Shown here: one piece after another, positions 61,100 through 64,000 of the stretch | Position numbering within the stretch: position 1 is the stretch's first letter | How the letters are laid out: every line of letters begins with the position of its first letter | Origin: Mobula hypostoma | Taxonomy: Eukaryota | NCBI RefSeq assembly: GCF_963921235.1 | Contig: NC_086101.1 | Location: 310,001 to 374,000, forward strand | Direction of reading: 5' to 3' | DNA length: 64,000 bases | Position numbers and translations under genes: made by a program | The notes under the pieces: generated by a model | Database searches by the model: none | Told to the model about the DNA's origin: nothing | The model's input: only the letters and a program-made list of their open reading frames with translations

Positions 61100-62826
61100 G
61101 CAAGATTCACCCTAAATCAGGGAACGTAGTGCACCAGCGGCTGACAAGGGAAATTAGGGATAGTATCAATTCCAAAGAAGAAGCATACAAATTAACCAGA
61201 AAAGCGGCTCACCTGAGGACTGGGAGAAATTCAGAGTCAAGCAGAGGACGACAAAGGGCTAAATTAGGAAAGGGAAAAAAAAGATCATGAGAGAAAACTG
61301 GCAGGGAACATAAAAACTGACTGTAAAAGCTTTTATAGATATGTGAAAAGAAAAAGATTGGTTAAGACAAATATAGGTCCCCTTTTTAAAAAAGGAGGGA
61401 GAGAGAAACCGGGGAATTGTAGACCGGTTAGACTAACATCGGTGGTGGGGAAAATGCTGGTGTCAGTTATCAAAGATGTGATAACAGCACATTTGGAAGG
61501 CGGTGAAATCATTGGACAAAGTCAGCATGGATTTGTGAAAGGAAAATCATGTCTGATGAATCTCATAGAATTTTTTGAGGATGTAACTAGTAGAGTCGAT
61601 AGGGAAGAACCAGTGGATGTGGTATATTTGGATTTTCAGAAGACTGTTAACAAGGTCCCACACAGGAATTAGTGTGCAAACTTAAAGCACACGGTATTGG
61701 AGGTAGGGTATTGATGTGGATGGAGAATTGGTTGGCAGACAGGAGGCAAAGAGTGGGAATAAACGGAACCTTTTCAGAATGGCAAGCAGTGACTAGTGGG
61801 GTACCACAAGGCTCAGTGCTGGGACCCCAGTTATTTACAATATATATATAATGACTTGGATGAGGGAATTAAATGCAGCATCTTCAAGTTTGCCGAAGAC
61901 ACGAAGCTGGACGGCAGTGTTAGCTGTGAGGAGGATCCTAAGAGGATGCAGGGTGACTTGGATAGGTTAGGTGAGTGGGAAAATTCATGGCAGATGCAAT
62001 TTAATGTGGATAAATATGAGGTTATCCACTTTGGTGGCAAAAACAGGAAAACGGATTATTATCTGAATGGTAGCCGATTAGGAAAAGGGGAGGTGCAACG
62101 AGACCTGGGTGTCATTATACACCAGTCATTGAAAGTGGGCATGCAGGTACAGCAGGCGGTGAAAAAGGCGAATGGTATGCTGGCATTCATAGCAAGAGGA
62201 TTCGAGTACAGTAGCAGGGAGGTACTACTGCAGTTGTACAAGGCATTGGTGAGACCACACCTGGAGTATTGTGTACAGTTTTGGTCCCCTAATCTGAGGA
62301 AATACATCCTTGCCATAGAAGGAGTACAAAGAAGGTTCACCAGATTGATTCCTGGGATGGCAGGACTATCATATGATGAAAGACTGGATCGACTAGGCTT
62401 ATACTCTGTGGCATTTAGAAGAGTGTTGGGGGATCTTATTGAAACGTATAAAATCCTAAAGGGATTGGACAGGCTAGATGCAGGAAGATTGTTCCCGATG
62501 TTGAGGAAGTCCAGAACGAGGGGTCAGAGTTTGACGATAAAGGGGAAGCCTTTTTGGACTGAGATTAGGAAAAACTTCTTCACACAGAGAGTGGTTAATC
62601 TGTGGAATTCCATGCCGCAGGAAACAGTTGAGGCCAGTTCATTGACTATATTTAAGAGGGAGTTAGATATGGCCCTTGTGGCTAAAGGGATCAGGGGTTA
62701 TGGAGAGAAGGCTGGTATAGGGTTCTGAGTTGGATGATCAGCCATAATCATACTGAATGGCGGTGCAGGCTCGAAGGGCCGAATGGCCTACTCCTGCACG
62801 TATTTTCTATGTTTCTATGTTTCTGT
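61100..62826 (+). mobile_element. CR1-D, 5'-truncated, with an internal ORF2 deletion at ~61380
   Basis: KTNIGPL fused to FKKGGREKPGN; ORF 61796..62728; TTTCTATG x2-3 tail. Confidence 0.92.
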
Positions 62827-63015
62827 GACTGCCCTCTTCCAGTCAGCACCGCCCCCACTTGTTCCATTTAACCTGTCTCCGTGCGCGTGGACTTTAGCAC
62901 CCGAGGGAACTCAGGACGCGCCGCTCGCCGCTGCGGCTGAATCCGCAGTGTTTCTGTTTCGTTGACGGACACGGTAAATGAGTTAAAATTATGGAGCGAT
63001 AATTCCCTTCTCATG

Positions 63016-63021
63016 TTTATT
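63016..63021 (-). terminator. Candidate polyadenylation signal of the B30.2 gene
   Basis: AATAAA on minus, about 66 nt after the stop. Confidence 0.5.
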
Positions 63022-63087
63022 TCATTCTCCGCACAATTATATTTACAAGTACTTTACTCTAGAAGCCGGTCCTGGGACCCGACCCGT

Positions 63088-63641
63088 TTACAAATCCGGA
63101 GCGGAACCGGAGCAGATTCTTAGCCACTGGTTTCTATCCGCAAGCCAGAAGAAAGGATAAAGTTTCTCCGTGAATTTATTGCCACTGAAGGTGTGGAGAT
63201 GGGACTTGGTCTCCGCGTTGTAAAATGAAATTGTCCCGGACTGGTATCTGAGATAAACACCTACCCTCCCGGGGATGAGGCCGGCGGGGAGACGGGCCTC
63301 AGGGGACGTGAGAACAATTATGACGTCATCATCCTGCTCAGTCACGTCATAAACCCGCCCGATGACCCAGAATCCGGTCTCCGGTCTCACTCTGAACCAT
63401 CCCTTCCTCTGCACAGACTCTGCGGCAACTCCCAGATACCAGACCCGATTCCTCGCCACCTCCACCTCCCAGTAATGTCTCCCCGATGTGAATCCCTCCG
63501 ATCCCAGCACACAAAGCCAGTGTGTGAATCTCTTCCCGGTGTGACGGCGATTCCTCCTGGTCCCGGTCAATCTCACACTCTTCCGATCGCCAGACACCTC
63601 AAGCTCCGGGTTCGCCGTTTCCACATCCAGGGTGACAGAAA
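63088..63641 (-). CDS. Terminal PRY-SPRY (B30.2) exon of a TRIM-like or other B30.2 gene
   Basis: VTLDVETANPELEVS, CVLGSEGFTSGRHYWEVEV, WYLGVA, RVGVYL, ISFYN, LYPFF. Pyrimidine tract and CAG acceptor at 63642-63660, phase 1. TAA at 63088. Confidence 0.9.
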
Positions 63642-63885
63642 CTGTGGGGAGTGGCAGAGAATTACAGAGTCCTCGGGGATCGGGGTGGGGGCGGGGGGGC
63701 ATTCAGGCAGCGCGCCCCCTGGGACAGGTGTGGGGCGGCAGACTCGACCAGCGCGGCCCCGGGGATCGGGGAGAGACTCGGGCAGCGCAGCCCCGGGACA
63801 AGGGCGGGGGGAGTCTCGGGCAGCGCGGCCATGGACTGGTGGGAAGCCCGGGGGGCTCCGGCGCAGTCGGGTGGCCGACACGAAC

Positions 63886-63948
63886 CTTTCTCGGTGTTTG
63901 ACCAAACGAAAGCGGACAGACAACTAATATCTCCCCAAGGGTTTTGCG
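63886..63948 (-). CDS. Putative 63-nt penultimate exon (QNPWGDISCLSAFVWSNTEK)
   Basis: CTCTGCTCTCCGTCCAG acceptor and AAG|GTTCGT donor; phase 1-1; open and in frame with the B30.2 exon. Confidence 0.45.
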
Positions 63949-64000
63949 CTGGACGGAGAGCAGAGATTTCCCGATCAAACAGACACAAAATGCTGGAGGA

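Noticed and set aside
63642..63702. N-terminal MPPRPHPDPRG... of the 204-aa B30.2 ORF
   Set aside because: Intronic read-through upstream of a clear splice acceptor.
63960..64000. Possible Penelope pLTR end (CACAAAATGCTGGAGGA) on minus
   Set aside because: Only ~17 nt match before the window ends.

Overview
Eukaryotic, repeat-saturated vertebrate DNA. The mix of many CR1 subfamilies, Rex1/Babar, Penelope, an AT-rich fish-type L1 and this style of ZNF/B30.2 gene suggests a cartilaginous fish (inference). Most of the window is nested transposon debris: at least six CR1 LINE subfamilies (two essentially full length), Rex1/Babar LINEs, Penelope pieces carrying a minimal hammerhead ribozyme, a Nimb/I-clade relic, and a Charlie/SPIN-like hAT (TIRs plus 8-bp TSD) split by two CR1s and a solo LTR. 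There is also a young, 5'-complete but 3'-truncated L1 with a perfect 16-bp TSD, and two copies of an unclassified ~670-bp non-coding retroposon. Host genes: a 24-finger C2H2 zinc-finger ORF with no visible effector domain (28457-30472, +), probably driven by an NRF1-motif promoter/exon 1 about 25 kb upstream, and the terminal PRY-SPRY (B30.2) exon of a TRIM-like gene (-) at the right end. Subfamily letters A-G are my own labels. Boundaries were read by eye and are approximate unless a TSD or TIR is quoted.
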